A model generated the notes under the pieces. It was not told where the DNA came from and searched no databases. It worked only from the letters and a program-made list of their open reading frames with translations. DNA of 64,000 bases, from IMG/VR virus record IMGVR_UViG_3300036832_001118, positions 1 to 64,000 of that record; one strand, 5' to 3'. Both the position numbers and the translations under genes were made by a program. Within the stretch, counting starts at the first letter, position 1; each line of letters opens with the position of its first letter. Source of the stretch: a virus. Shown here in pieces: positions 55,596 to 64,000 of this stretch.

Positions 55596-56377
55596 TCCAC
55601 TATTTCGGCAAGAAGTCTGCGCGCCTTGGCGCCATCCGATTCATGGCGACCTCGTATGTTGACCTGGCGCGGCTGCCGACACCGCCGATCGTGTTCGGCC
55701 ATGTCAACAATAGTTGGCCATTCTTGACTCTCGGAAACGATGCATGCGGAAATTGCGTGTGGGCAGGCGCGGCACACGAGACGCAGATTTTCCGCGCAGC
55801 AACACGCAAGCCATGGCCGCGCTTCACCGACGATAGTGTCGTCAGCGTTTACAGTCAGCAAACCGGCTACGTGCCTGGCGTGCCATCGACCGATGATGGC
55901 ACCGACATGCAGGCGGCGGCGGAGTTTCGTCGCGTCACCGGTATGCCCGATGCGGATGGCGCACTGCATTTCATCAAGGCTTATGCCACCATTCCCATCA
56001 CTAACGATCAGCACATGCTGGACCTGATCGTCAAACTGACCTTTGCTTTTGGCGTGATCGGCTGTGGATTTCGCATGCAACAGGCGCAGGGGACGCAGTT
56101 TGATCAGAAGCAGCCATGGAGCCTGATGCGCGGGTCGCCGATTGTTGGCGGCCACTATGTGCCCGTCGTTGGTCGCAACTCACGGGGCAATCTGGTTGGC
56201 ATCAGCTGGGGCCGCACTACCGCAATCACCCCGGTTTTCATGATGGAGCAGCTGGATGAAATGATCGTCTATCTGAGCCGCGAGTATCTGACGGCCGGAG
56301 GTCACACTCCCGAACTCTTGCAGGAAGCCCAACTCGACGCCGACTTAGCCACACTTTCCATCCCCTCCCATGCATAA
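55592..56377 (+). CDS. Papain-like (C1/C39-type) cysteine peptidase, putative lysin
   Basis: LGND..G.CV.AG..H, D.G, GGHYV..VG, ISWG. Confidence 0.75.
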   Translation: MIHYFGKKSARLGAIRFMATSYVDLARLPTPPIVFGHVNNSWPFLTLGNDACGNCVWAGAAHETQIFRAATRKPWPRFTDDSVVSVYSQQTGYVPGVPSTDDGTDMQAAAEFRRVTGMPDADGALHFIKAYATIPITNDQHMLDLIVKLTFAFGVIGCGFRMQQAQGTQFDQKQPWSLMRGSPIVGGHYVPVVGRNSRGNLVGISWGRTTAITPVFMMEQLDEMIVYLSREYLTAGGHTPELLQEAQLDADLATLSIPSHA

Positions 56378-56388
56378 GGAGAACTAGC

Positions 56389-56784
56389 ATGCTGTCCTAC
56401 CTGAAAGGGGCCGCCGCTGCTATCGCGCTGGCCGCACTGGTCGCGTGTTCGCAGAGCGGCCAAGCGCCCGATGCCACCCTCACGCTGGAGCAAATTCAGA
56501 ACTCCATCAAGGCCACCTGCAACTATGTGCCGACCATCGAGAGTATTGCCTCGCTGGCGGCGACAATCACCAGTACGATCAATCCAGCTGCGGGCGCTGC
56601 CGCTACGGTCGGCGTCGCGGTCGGCTCGGCGCTGGTGGCCGATGTCTGCAAGGCCGTGACGGCACAGCAGGCGATGCTGAAGAGTTCAGCCAAGCCCGGC
56701 GAGCCTCTGAAAGAGCGAACCCTTGACGTCACCGTCAACGGCGTCTCCGTGCATGGTACGTTGGTCCCGGAGAATAAGACATGA
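56389..56784 (+). CDS. Lipoprotein (spanin candidate)
   Basis: AAGGAG RBS; lipobox LVAC; internal hydrophobic helix; within the lysis cassette. Confidence 0.65.
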   Translation: MLSYLKGAAAAIALAALVACSQSGQAPDATLTLEQIQNSIKATCNYVPTIESIASLAATITSTINPAAGAAATVGVAVGSALVADVCKAVTAQQAMLKSSAKPGEPLKERTLDVTVNGVSVHGTLVPENKT

Positions 56785-57185
56785 CCAGCAACATCCAGGC
56801 GATGGCCGATTACATCCCGGCCGCGTGGCGCGCCTACCAGCACCTCGGCCAGATCCGCGACCTGCAGGCGCGGGCGCTGCCGCACATCCAAGCGCTGATG
56901 GCGATGATGCCACAGGCGCAGGCGCTCTATGCGGAGATCTTCCCGGAGGCGCAGCAGTCGCAGTCGCACCCGCCGGCGCTGACCGGCATCTCGGTCGAGC
57001 AGCTCCAGCAAATGCTCAACCACTACGGCGCCAGCCTGCGCGTAGATGGCAAGTATGGCGACCGCACCCACAAGGCGGTCGAGGCCTATCAGCGCGGACA
57101 CGGGCTGATCGTTGACGGCTGGGCCGGATCGGAAACGTTGAATCACCTGTTCGGCAAGGTGTCGAGCGACGCGGCCAAGCCGTGA
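56781..57185 (+). CDS. Stand-alone peptidoglycan-binding domain protein
   Basis: LQQ.LN..G..L.VDG.YG..T..AV..YQ..GL.VDG.AG.ET. Confidence 0.85.
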   Translation: MTSNIQAMADYIPAAWRAYQHLGQIRDLQARALPHIQALMAMMPQAQALYAEIFPEAQQSQSHPPALTGISVEQLQQMLNHYGASLRVDGKYGDRTHKAVEAYQRGHGLIVDGWAGSETLNHLFGKVSSDAAKP

Positions 57186-57277
57186 TCAGCAACAACGGCT
57201 GCTTACTGATCTTGAACGTTGCGGTCTGGATAATGGTTGGTCTTCTGCTCTTAATCGGCAGCGCCAAGTACGGATGA
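57182..57277 (+). CDS. 31-aa single-TM peptide (possible holin/antiholin component)
   Basis: GTGA overlap; LLILNVAVWIMVGLLLLIG. Confidence 0.4.
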   Translation: MISNNGCLLILNVAVWIMVGLLLLIGSAKYG

Positions 57278-57283
57278 ACCGCC

Positions 57284-57595
57284 ATGAAACTCAGCCAGGA
57301 TCAACTCTACTCATTCGTGCGTTGGGTCATCACCGGCCTGTGCGGTTGGCTGCTGACCAAGGGCTGGATCAACGATGTGTGGGTCGAGGGCATCATCGGC
57401 GTCGCCCTGGCCATCGCCTCGCTCGGCTGGTCGATGTGGACCCACACCCCAGCGCAACAATTAGAGGCGGTCAAGCGCATCAGCCCAGACATCAAGGTCG
57501 AGGTACCAGAGAAGGTTCTCGACGCGCATCCCTCGATTAAACAATTGGCGGATAGCAACCCAGCCTTCATGCACGTGGTGGGGCGCGATCAATAA
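57284..57595 (+). CDS. Putative holin (2 TM)
   Basis: Q..S.VR..I....GWL..KG and a second TM ending WS; lysis context. Confidence 0.7.
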   Translation: MKLSQDQLYSFVRWVITGLCGWLLTKGWINDVWVEGIIGVALAIASLGWSMWTHTPAQQLEAVKRISPDIKVEVPEKVLDAHPSIKQLADSNPAFMHVVGRDQ

Positions 57596-57605
57596 TGGAA
57601 GACCG

Positions 57606-58010
57606 GTGGCTGATACGAATAACAATGGTCGCACTATACGCCTCCCCAGTCTCGCCACCCTCAGCGTTGTCATCGCGCTGCTGGTACAGCTCGGCGGCGT
57701 CATTGTCTGGGCGACCAACGAGCATAATGCGCGCGTCGTTTTGCAGCAACAAGTGGACGCCCGCATCCGCGATGCTGATGGCCGCCTCGTGCAATTAGAT
57801 ACGCGTCTGGCGCGGCTTGACGAATTCGTGCGCACGCTCAATGACAAGCAGAATGTGGTCAATACCTCGGATGCGGCCCGCTACGACAGTCTCGAAGGGC
57901 ACCTGAAGCGTATGGATGATCGCGTCGACCGCATCGTGCAGGCGCTCGACCAGACATATAATTTGCTCAACGAGCACCTGCGCAACCCAAAAATGCACCG
58001 CCAACCATGA
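57606..58010 (+). CDS. TM plus coiled-coil protein (i-spanin/XhlA-like candidate)
   Basis: N-terminal TM, long heptad region. Confidence 0.6.
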   Translation: MADTNNNGRTIRLPSLATLSVVIALLVQLGGVIVWATNEHNARVVLQQQVDARIRDADGRLVQLDTRLARLDEFVRTLNDKQNVVNTSDAARYDSLEGHLKRMDDRVDRIVQALDQTYNLLNEHLRNPKMHRQP

Positions 58011-58110
58011 GACTCAGCTGCCTCGCCCGTAGGGCAGTTGATAGGGCTGCTCGCAGCCTACCCCCATCACACGCTGTGGGCAGCCCACCCCTAATAAAAG
58101 GACGAGAGCG

Positions 58111-58605
58111 ATCGCAATACCATATGTCGCCTGCTTCTTTGGCGCCGGACCGACCGGCATCTGGGCCTGGGGCGGGTTCTTCACGTCGTCCGGTATATGG
58201 CGCACGGCCAACCGCTTGCGCGCCATTGGGATCGAGGCGGAATGCTTTCGCTTCAATCAGACGGAGCTTGCCGATGCGCGGCTGACGACCGCGCGCACTG
58301 CACATCGGCCGGTCGGTATGTTGGCCTACTCGCTTGGCAACACCGCGGCGCTGTGGTTGCAACAATACACGACGTGTAATTTGTTGTTTTCGATCGCCGA
58401 CTCGAAGCTGGGGCGTAACACTCCGGTCAATCACATGCACACCAAGCGCTCAGTGCTGTGGCGCGGTCCTGGCGTGCTCAGTGGCGCTGGCGGCGATCTC
58501 GGCTATGACGTGGTGCACGACAGCAACAAGCCGCATCTGCTGATGGATTTCGCGCCCGAGGTTTGGCAGAACGCAATGGCCGAATTCAGCAAACTGATTG
58601 TTTGA
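58111..58605 (+). CDS. Small alpha/beta-hydrolase-like protein; start uncertain (ATC 58111 or TTG 58216)
   Basis: AYSLG nucleophile elbow, SIAD, KPHLLMD; frame open from 58045. Confidence 0.55.
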   Translation: MAIPYVACFFGAGPTGIWAWGGFFTSSGIWRTANRLRAIGIEAECFRFNQTELADARLTTARTAHRPVGMLAYSLGNTAALWLQQYTTCNLLFSIADSKLGRNTPVNHMHTKRSVLWRGPGVLSGAGGDLGYDVVHDSNKPHLLMDFAPEVWQNAMAEFSKLIV

Positions 58606-58607
58606 CG

Positions 58608-59057
58608 CTATTGCTTCGGCGCGTGACACACCTGCGTGTCCTCTGGGAACCTGCGGCAATGCTCTTCACCCATTTGGATCACGCGTTCGCGACTTTCGTC
58701 TATTGATTCTGGTTGCGGGTCTATGACCGGCGGCGTTCCGGGCGGTCGTGCGTAGGCGGCGAATGGCACGTGCGGAGCATTCAGACTATTGGGCACCGGC
58801 CGCGATATGATCGGCGGGTGACGTTCCCATGGCGGACCGTACAGGGCCCAAGAATAGTCGTCGGGCAGTCGACAATAGGGATCGTAGTCCGCGTCGGGGC
58901 AGAAAAAGTAGTTTCCATCGCGATAGATGTGGCGCGGATACGAATAAACCTCGACCGGCGGCGGTGGTAACCGCGGCAGCGGCACGACCGGAATGCCATC
59001 GGCCAGTGCCAGCGCCGGCGAAAACGCCAGCAAACATGCTAAGATAGACCGTCTCAT
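58608..59057 (-). CDS. Exported Pro-rich protein
   Basis: AAGGAGG RBS on the minus strand; signal peptide MRRSILACLLAFSPALALA; two Cys pairs. Confidence 0.75.
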   Translation of the reverse strand: MRRSILACLLAFSPALALADGIPVVPLPRLPPPPVEVYSYPRHIYRDGNYFFCPDADYDPYCRLPDDYSWALYGPPWERHPPIISRPVPNSLNAPHVPFAAYARPPGTPPVIDPQPESIDESRERVIQMGEEHCRRFPEDTQVCHAPKQ

Positions 59058-59070
59058 TGAAGCCCTCCTT

Positions 59071-59102
59071 GCCTCGTCCCTTCGGGGGCGAGGCCTTTTT
59101 TT
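59071..59102 (+). terminator. Intrinsic terminator ending the late/lysis transcript
   Basis: GCCTCGTCCC-TTCG-GGGGCGAGGC followed by a T7 run. Confidence 0.85.
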
Positions 59103-59115
59103 GTGTTTAAACGCC

Positions 59116-59155
59116 CCGCCCAAAATGGGCAATGCGTGCCGCCCAAAATGGGCAA
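59116..59155. repeat. Tandem palindromic operator-like repeat CCGCCCAAAATGGGCAA x2
   Basis: Exact 17-bp copies at 59116-59132 and 59139-59155; core GCCCA-AAA-TGGGC. Confidence 0.7.
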
Positions 59156-59278
59156 GATGGCCTAAGTTACCATCAGATACAAATTTCTGTGGCGCATGAC
59201 AAGCGCTACTTGACATGGTGCAAGGACAGCGCAACCATGCTGTGTGAGGATTTAACGCCGCCCCAATGGAGATGTCCG

Positions 59279-59470
59279 ATGGGTCCGCTTAGTGACAGAC
59301 AGCGGCGTGAGGACGTCCAATATGCCCAAGCCCGAGAGCGCATAGAGAAGGGATGGGATGCCATACTGCGACGCGACGCAGACACTGCTGCGGATCTCCT
59401 TGAGCAGGCCGCGCATGACTTGCGCGCTATCAACAAGAAAGTCGTGCCAATTCGGGGCCCGAAAGGGTGA
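59279..59470 (+). CDS. Hypothetical protein
   Basis: GGAG RBS; helical composition. Confidence 0.6.
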   Translation: MGPLSDRQRREDVQYAQARERIEKGWDAILRRDADTAADLLEQAAHDLRAINKKVVPIRGPKG

Positions 59471-59503
59471 GGGGGTTGTAACCCAGCGTATGGAGGACGC
59501 ACA

Positions 59504-59839
59504 ATGAGTAGTAATGGTGGGAATGTGCAGGAAGCGGAAGGTCGGATGCGTCAACTGCCGGGTGTCATTGCCGGCATGGAGAAGACGCTGGAGCGGGAGC
59601 TGGGTCGCACTCCAGCGATCGCGCCTGATGCGCCGGAACTGAAGCGCAATACATTCACGGCCCACGAGCCATTGCAAACCATCGCTGATGCTCTCAAGCG
59701 ATTGATTTGGGATGACAATGAAAAACTCGCGCAGATGATCACCTCGCATTTTCAGGCCGAGCAACCCGCATCTATGGCTGCCGCCATCCAGCGGGCCGCT
59801 GATGATTTGAGGAATGAGTACAGCAATTCGCGGCAGTAA
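59504..59839 (+). CDS. Hypothetical protein
   Basis: GGAGG RBS. Confidence 0.7.
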   Translation: MSSNGGNVQEAEGRMRQLPGVIAGMEKTLERELGRTPAIAPDAPELKRNTFTAHEPLQTIADALKRLIWDDNEKLAQMITSHFQAEQPASMAAAIQRAADDLRNEYSNSRQ

Positions 59840-59859
59840 CCAATTCCCCTGTCGCGATG

Positions 59860-59910
59860 GGGCCGCCGCTAGAGGGAGGAAGGGCCTTTGCCTGGCGGCG
59901 GCTCTTTTCT
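59860..59910 (+). terminator. Long-loop hairpin plus T-rich tail
   Basis: GGGCCGCCGCTAG/CTGGCGGCGGCTC stem, loop containing GGGAGGA, followed by TTTTCTT. Confidence 0.5.
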
Positions 59911-59940
59911 TGGCCCACTTGGAACCCAAAGGAAAGGCAA

Positions 59941-60222
59941 ATGAAACGCGCTCGCATCCGCGATGAGTTCGGCACCCGCAAAGGCACTAAGCTCGATAAG
60001 TTGGTTTGCTACCTTGTCCCCAAAGCCGACAAGGAGATCAAACTTAAACGACTGGCCAAGATGATCCATCGCAAGGACAAGGTCATCGACCCGGTCAATG
60101 CGACCAGGATGAGCATCAACGGCCTTAACCGTCACATCCAGGAGCGCAACCTCCCTTATAAGCCAGTCACCTACTCTCGCGCCGGCAAAGAGATCACGCT
60201 CCGATTACAGCGCACGACTTGA
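59941..60222 (+). CDS. Basic, possibly winged-HTH DNA-binding protein
   Basis: AAGGAAAGG RBS; very Lys/Arg-rich. Confidence 0.55.
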   Translation: MKRARIRDEFGTRKGTKLDKLVCYLVPKADKEIKLKRLAKMIHRKDKVIDPVNATRMSINGLNRHIQERNLPYKPVTYSRAGKEITLRLQRTT

Positions 60223-60355
60223 GGTGGGGCCCGCCGTCGATGGCTTATAGCTACAGAGGCTGTCGACGGCGATTGCTTTGGAGGGAGCCATGGACGACGA
60301 TCTTGACGACTTCATTAATGCGTGGCTGGCACCTAAGCAGAGAAGGTGGATGCGT

Positions 60356-60550
60356 ATGGCAGATATCATTTCAACGGCAGATAAACTGGCAGAGATTAAG
60401 CGAGAGATCGCCGTGCGCCGCAACGCCTATCCCAAATGGGTCGAGGCCGGTCGCTTGACGCAGCAAAAGTCTGATTACCAATTGCGCGTCATGCAGGCTA
60501 TCCAAGCCGACTATGAGCGCAAGGCGAAAGCGAGCAACACGGAGGAATAA
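60356..60550 (+). CDS. Conserved phage hypothetical protein (REIA.R...YP.WV..G.L)
   Basis: Recurrent phage motif; start could be further upstream (60290). Confidence 0.7.
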   Translation: MADIISTADKLAEIKREIAVRRNAYPKWVEAGRLTQQKSDYQLRVMQAIQADYERKAKASNTEE

Positions 60551-60573
60551 AACACCGTGAAGATAACCCCATT

Positions 60574-60771
60574 ATGAGCATGGATATATTGAATAAGTTG
60601 TTGACGGTGCATCGCACAGACGCGCGGCTGGTTTGCGTCATTCGCGCCCTCGGGGAAATCCCGGTGATCCGCTACGCCGAGGAGCACACACGAGACGGCC
60701 ACACTATCACACTGACGTTTCCGGCTGAGCTGGTGGAAGTGTATCTCCCAGTTGATGCAGGCACGCGGTGA
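60574..60771 (+). CDS. Hypothetical protein
   Basis: ORF only. Confidence 0.45.
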   Translation: MSMDILNKLLTVHRTDARLVCVIRALGEIPVIRYAEEHTRDGHTITLTFPAELVEVYLPVDAGTR

Positions 60772-60858
60772 GTTCCCGTCGGACATCATCCATCGTGGGT
60801 TCGGCGACAGGCCACTGCCGGAACGCAGACCACCACCAATAACCAAGGGAGCGCGACT

Positions 60859-61329
60859 ATGTTACAGCGACGTCAAATGCTAAGCGCGAAGGAACTGCTG
60901 CTACCCAAAAAGGTGGTTGAGGCCCTGATCGCCATCCGCGACGAGCTGCGCGATGGCAAATATCCGCACCGGTCCATCTACAGTGGCGAGACGTGGTCAC
61001 CGATCAGTTACGGTTTCAACCCACAGCTCCCCCCGGACACGGAGGTATACTTCAACATGGTGCACTGGTCCATCCATTCGCGGGAGTATTCGCGGCCGTA
61101 CCGAATCTGCTGCATCGGCGGCCTGGTGGAACAGCGCACCGGATATCGGATGCGTGGTGACTTTGATTTTCAGCAGCACCAACTGTGCTATCCGGGCGGC
61201 ATTCCTGACCGGCAGATTACCGAAAGCCAGGTTCGCCTGTACAACAAAATCACCCCGGACCAAGCGGCCGACGCGATCGACAACTTCCTGTACGAGGGTG
61301 ACCCACAGTGGGGGCGCGTGCTGACATGA
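60859..61329 (+). CDS. Phage hypothetical protein (FNM..W...CIGG...ITP.QAA.AI.NFL..G.P.W)
   Basis: GGGAG RBS; motif pattern. Confidence 0.7.
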   Translation: MLQRRQMLSAKELLLPKKVVEALIAIRDELRDGKYPHRSIYSGETWSPISYGFNPQLPPDTEVYFNMVHWSIHSREYSRPYRICCIGGLVEQRTGYRMRGDFDFQQHQLCYPGGIPDRQITESQVRLYNKITPDQAADAIDNFLYEGDPQWGRVLT

Positions 61330-61402
61330 ATGACCAGTTGACCATCTGGACCGGCTGCATCGGTATCCCGACGAGGACCCTGCCATCTATGAGACTTGGG
61401 GT

Positions 61403-61882
61403 ATGATAACCCTCAAAGACCTGATTGAGTTCGCATCCAAGAACTGTGAGCAGATCTTCAAGGTCACCGGCGAAATCGTCGCCATGTTTCACATGTGCGA
61501 CGCCGACGAAAACAACTTTATCTGGCAGCCGGACATGGCGGACAAAGATGCCATGGCTGCGGCGGCGCGACAGATCATGTGCGAGAAACACATCCAATCC
61601 TACGTATTCATCGACGAGGCCTGGATCTTGGAGATCAAGCGAACCCTGAAACCTGGGGAGGCGGAAGAGATCGAGCGCTTCTGTAACGAGTTTGGTGTAA
61701 GCAACCATCCGGATCGCCGCGAGGTGCTGATGTTCTACGCCGAGAGCAAGAGCGGCGAGCGTCTGCAGGCACATCGCCCCATAGTGCGCCCGGAGCACGG
61801 CAAGCCAAAACTGATGTCGCTGCGATATCCCTGGCAGGGTGGCACGTCGCGCGGACGCCTGGTTGGATTGCTGCAGCCATGA
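61403..61882 (+). CDS. Hypothetical protein (EAW...HPDRRE family)
   Basis: ORF; ATGA coupling. Confidence 0.7.
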   Translation: MITLKDLIEFASKNCEQIFKVTGEIVAMFHMCDADENNFIWQPDMADKDAMAAAARQIMCEKHIQSYVFIDEAWILEIKRTLKPGEAEEIERFCNEFGVSNHPDRREVLMFYAESKSGERLQAHRPIVRPEHGKPKLMSLRYPWQGGTSRGRLVGLLQP

Positions 61883-62316
61883 AATGCCGCCGACTGCCGC
61901 CACCGCCACCCAAAGGTTATACCTGGCTGCACCAGCGGTTGCTGCCGATTGCAGCAGTGGAATGGTGGTCGCGCCAAAATATGGCGGCGTTTGATCGCTG
62001 GGGTATTGAAACCGAAGAGCACTGGCGCAACGACCCGAGCTACCACTGGGCCGCGCAGCGCAAGAAGGTCAAGCCCATGAGCATCAAGATCTACGACGAG
62101 GACTGCCCCGGCTGCCGCCCGGCGGCAATGGATCCGGCCACCGGGCAGGTGCTGCCCGACGACCACCCGCTGATGCAACGGATCCTGCGCGCCTGGGGCC
62201 AAACCAGTCGCGCGCAGCGCGCGGCCTGGCACAAGGTCACCTGCCAGAACTCACGCGACCCGCACGACCTGCTGCTATGCCAGCAGTTTCTCAGCGCGAT
62301 CCAACATGGCGGCTGA
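61879..62316 (+). CDS. Hypothetical protein (CPGCRPA...H.VTCQNSR)
   Basis: ORF; the true start may be internal (MSIKIY). Confidence 0.6.
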   Translation: MKCRRLPPPPPKGYTWLHQRLLPIAAVEWWSRQNMAAFDRWGIETEEHWRNDPSYHWAAQRKKVKPMSIKIYDEDCPGCRPAAMDPATGQVLPDDHPLMQRILRAWGQTSRAQRAAWHKVTCQNSRDPHDLLLCQQFLSAIQHGG

Positions 62317-62318
62317 CC

Positions 62319-62540
62319 ATGGTCCCGCCCGCCTATGCCGCCGCGGCGTACCAAGCCGCTGCCATCATGGAGGCGATGATGCGCGCCCATCGCCAACTAT
62401 TGGAGGAGGAAAACGTGTGGCGGATATGGGACTATGCGGGCAGCGAGCCGTTACGTAAATTAAACATTACCCTGGCGCAGGCGCAGTGGGCGTTCCACGA
62501 GGCCAAACGTCGGGTACGGGATAGGCATATTGGGCAGTAA
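62319..62540 (+). CDS. Hypothetical protein
   Basis: ORF following the upstream stop. Confidence 0.45.
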   Translation: MVPPAYAAAAYQAAAIMEAMMRAHRQLLEEENVWRIWDYAGSEPLRKLNITLAQAQWAFHEAKRRVRDRHIGQ

Positions 62541-62544
62541 TTTC

Positions 62545-62748
62545 ATGGCCATCGTGTATGCCAAGTTCGAGGTCAATATCACGTCCCGCGATGGCTGGAC
62601 CAAGCTGCAGCTGGACGAACTGCGACGCTGCCTAGACCTTGCCACGCGCGCGTACACAACCCCAGAGTATGATGGTGACGTAGAGGTTGAGCTTACCGAA
62701 ACGGCAGGGGACTCGACGACGCAGGCGCAGATCGACGGAGGCGAATGA
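62545..62748 (+). CDS. Hypothetical protein
   Basis: ORF. Confidence 0.5.
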   Translation: MAIVYAKFEVNITSRDGWTKLQLDELRRCLDLATRAYTTPEYDGDVEVELTETAGDSTTQAQIDGGE

Positions 62749-62871
62749 CCAGCCGTGATCTGCATCTTCATGTTGGGTGCAGTGTCGGGTGTCGTGGGGA
62801 CAATCTGTGTGCTCATGCTGCTGTCTTGGTACGCATAATGGCAGCACGAGATGCCCAGCCGAGGAGACTAA

Positions 62872-63153
62872 ATGATGCGCGACCTTGAAGTAACTGAGGG
62901 ACAAGAGTGGTGGATACAAGAAAAGGGCGCGCAGGCCTACCTATGGCACGGCACCCTGCTCCGGCATATTGAGTTCGATGGCGAGTGTTGGCGGGCTGGT
63001 GGTTGGTACAGCTACGTGGTGCTACCGCGCTTTGGCTGGATCAACGATGTGTGCCTCATCGTTGGCCAGCTGCCGGATGACATGGCGGAAGGACTCCGCA
63101 ACGCCAAAATGGACCCGCGTCACGCGCACCTCAACGAGCTCATGAAACCCTAA
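62872..63153 (+). CDS. Hypothetical protein
   Basis: GAGGAG RBS. Confidence 0.65.
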   Translation: MMRDLEVTEGQEWWIQEKGAQAYLWHGTLLRHIEFDGECWRAGGWYSYVVLPRFGWINDVCLIVGQLPDDMAEGLRNAKMDPRHAHLNELMKP

Positions 63154-63174
63154 TTAGGGATCGAGGTAAAACCC

Positions 63175-63303
63175 ATGCTCTACTTAATCGTTTTATTGCT
63201 GCTGTGGGTAGTATGGCTGGAGGTTCGAGTGCGCATCCTTACGCGTGAAGTGTTTGCTTTCGAAAAGGCATACGTTCACAGATTTCCACATGCAGACAAG
63301 TAA
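63175..63303 (+). CDS. 42-aa single-TM peptide
   Basis: GAGG RBS; MLYLIVLLLLWVVWL. Confidence 0.5.
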   Translation: MLYLIVLLLLWVVWLEVRVRILTREVFAFEKAYVHRFPHADK

Positions 63304-63304
63304 G

Positions 63305-63736
63305 ATGATTGACAAATCGACCTGGGGCGAGGGCCCGTGGCAGACCGAGCCCGACGAGCTGGACTGGACCGACGCTGTCACCGGGCTGCGCTGCCGAATT
63401 TTGCGCAACCCGCGCATGGGGATGCTGTGCGGCTACGTCGAGGTGCCACCCGAGCATCCGTTGTTCGGCCGCCATTACGATGGGGTGAATGCGCGCGTTG
63501 AGGTGCACGGCGGGGCGACCTTTGCTGAGGAGGAGGACGGACTATGGTGGATCGGCTTCGATTGCGGCCACACCTGGGACATCGCGCCGGGGATGGATGC
63601 GATGTTGCCGCCGTATGTGCGCGAACGGAACAGAGGGAGACCAGTAGTCTACCGCAGCTTCGACTACGTCCACGACCAGTGCACCGCTTTGGCGTGGCAG
63701 ATACACCAGCTAGCCGAAAAGCCCGAGGCCACGTAA
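63305..63736 (+). CDS. Conserved phage protein (CGYV..P..HP...VHGG.TF...W.IGFDC.H)
   Basis: Widespread phage motif set. Confidence 0.8.
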   Translation: MIDKSTWGEGPWQTEPDELDWTDAVTGLRCRILRNPRMGMLCGYVEVPPEHPLFGRHYDGVNARVEVHGGATFAEEEDGLWWIGFDCGHTWDIAPGMDAMLPPYVRERNRGRPVVYRSFDYVHDQCTALAWQIHQLAEKPEAT

Positions 63737-63764
63737 TGTGTCCGGTGCTCAATGAGGAAGCGCA

Positions 63765-63938
63765 ATGCCAAAGAGCAAGAAAAAATTCGGATCCAATTTC
63801 AAAGTACTTGATGCGCACGTCATCCAGCCCGAGGAATACGCGGAGGCGCCGGAGTTGACCGACGAGCAGCTCGCCCAGGCCGATCTGTATGAGGGCGGCA
63901 AGCTGATCCGCCGCGGCAAGCCGCGGTCGCGGCAATGA
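63765..63938 (+). CDS. 57-aa protein resembling the N-terminal half of BrnA (DUF4415) antitoxins
   Basis: GAGGA RBS; LDAHVIQPEEY.E.PELTDE....AD..EGGKLIRRG.P, then stop; no RHH domain. Confidence 0.65.
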   Translation: MPKSKKKFGSNFKVLDAHVIQPEEYAEAPELTDEQLAQADLYEGGKLIRRGKPRSRQ

Positions 63939-64000
63939 TCGTCGCGTCGGCTGGCTCAACACCAATTTCCACCAAAGCGGCATAAAGATCAGAGCGAACT

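Noticed and set aside
63215-63240. GGTTCGAG, resembling a tRNA T-loop
   Set aside because: No cloverleaf; it lies within a small membrane-peptide ORF.
1-64000. Long minus-strand ORFs in the track (e.g. 10999-12441, 31079-32110, 34435-35451)
   Set aside because: They are antisense shadows of well-supported + strand genes in GC-rich DNA, with no motifs or RBS.

Overview
The window is most of a tailed phage or prophage genome, almost all on the + strand and GC-rich. The host is probably an alphaproteobacterium of the Hyphomicrobiales/Bradyrhizobium type, inferred from the gene families. From left to right it holds: (1) a serine resolvase and small accessory ORFs, an HNH-AP2 endonuclease and a collagen-linked tailspike-like protein; (2) TerL, a 2.9 kb island of small ORFs, a DUF1073-type portal, a MuF-like head protein, a DUF2213 protease/scaffold, a cement protein, a DUF2184 major capsid and neck genes; (3) a P2-like contractile tail (V, W, J, I, fibres, sheath, HNH, tube, chaperone, U, X, D); (4) an island encoding a GT9 glycosyltransferase, a SAM methyltransferase and a CxxCxxCC protein among giant Ala/Gly/Ser/Thr-repeat LamG/SPRY fibre genes; (5) an unusually large lysis cassette; (6) a run of small early-type ORFs. 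No replication, integrase, repressor, tRNA or CRISPR features were recognised. The most unusual points are two tandem, collinear tape-measure paralogues with different envelope-degrading cargo, the putative virion-fibre glycosylation/methylation island, a catalytically dead dual-specificity phosphatase, and a truncated orphan BrnA-like antitoxin. All family calls come from motif recognition by eye; no searches were run.
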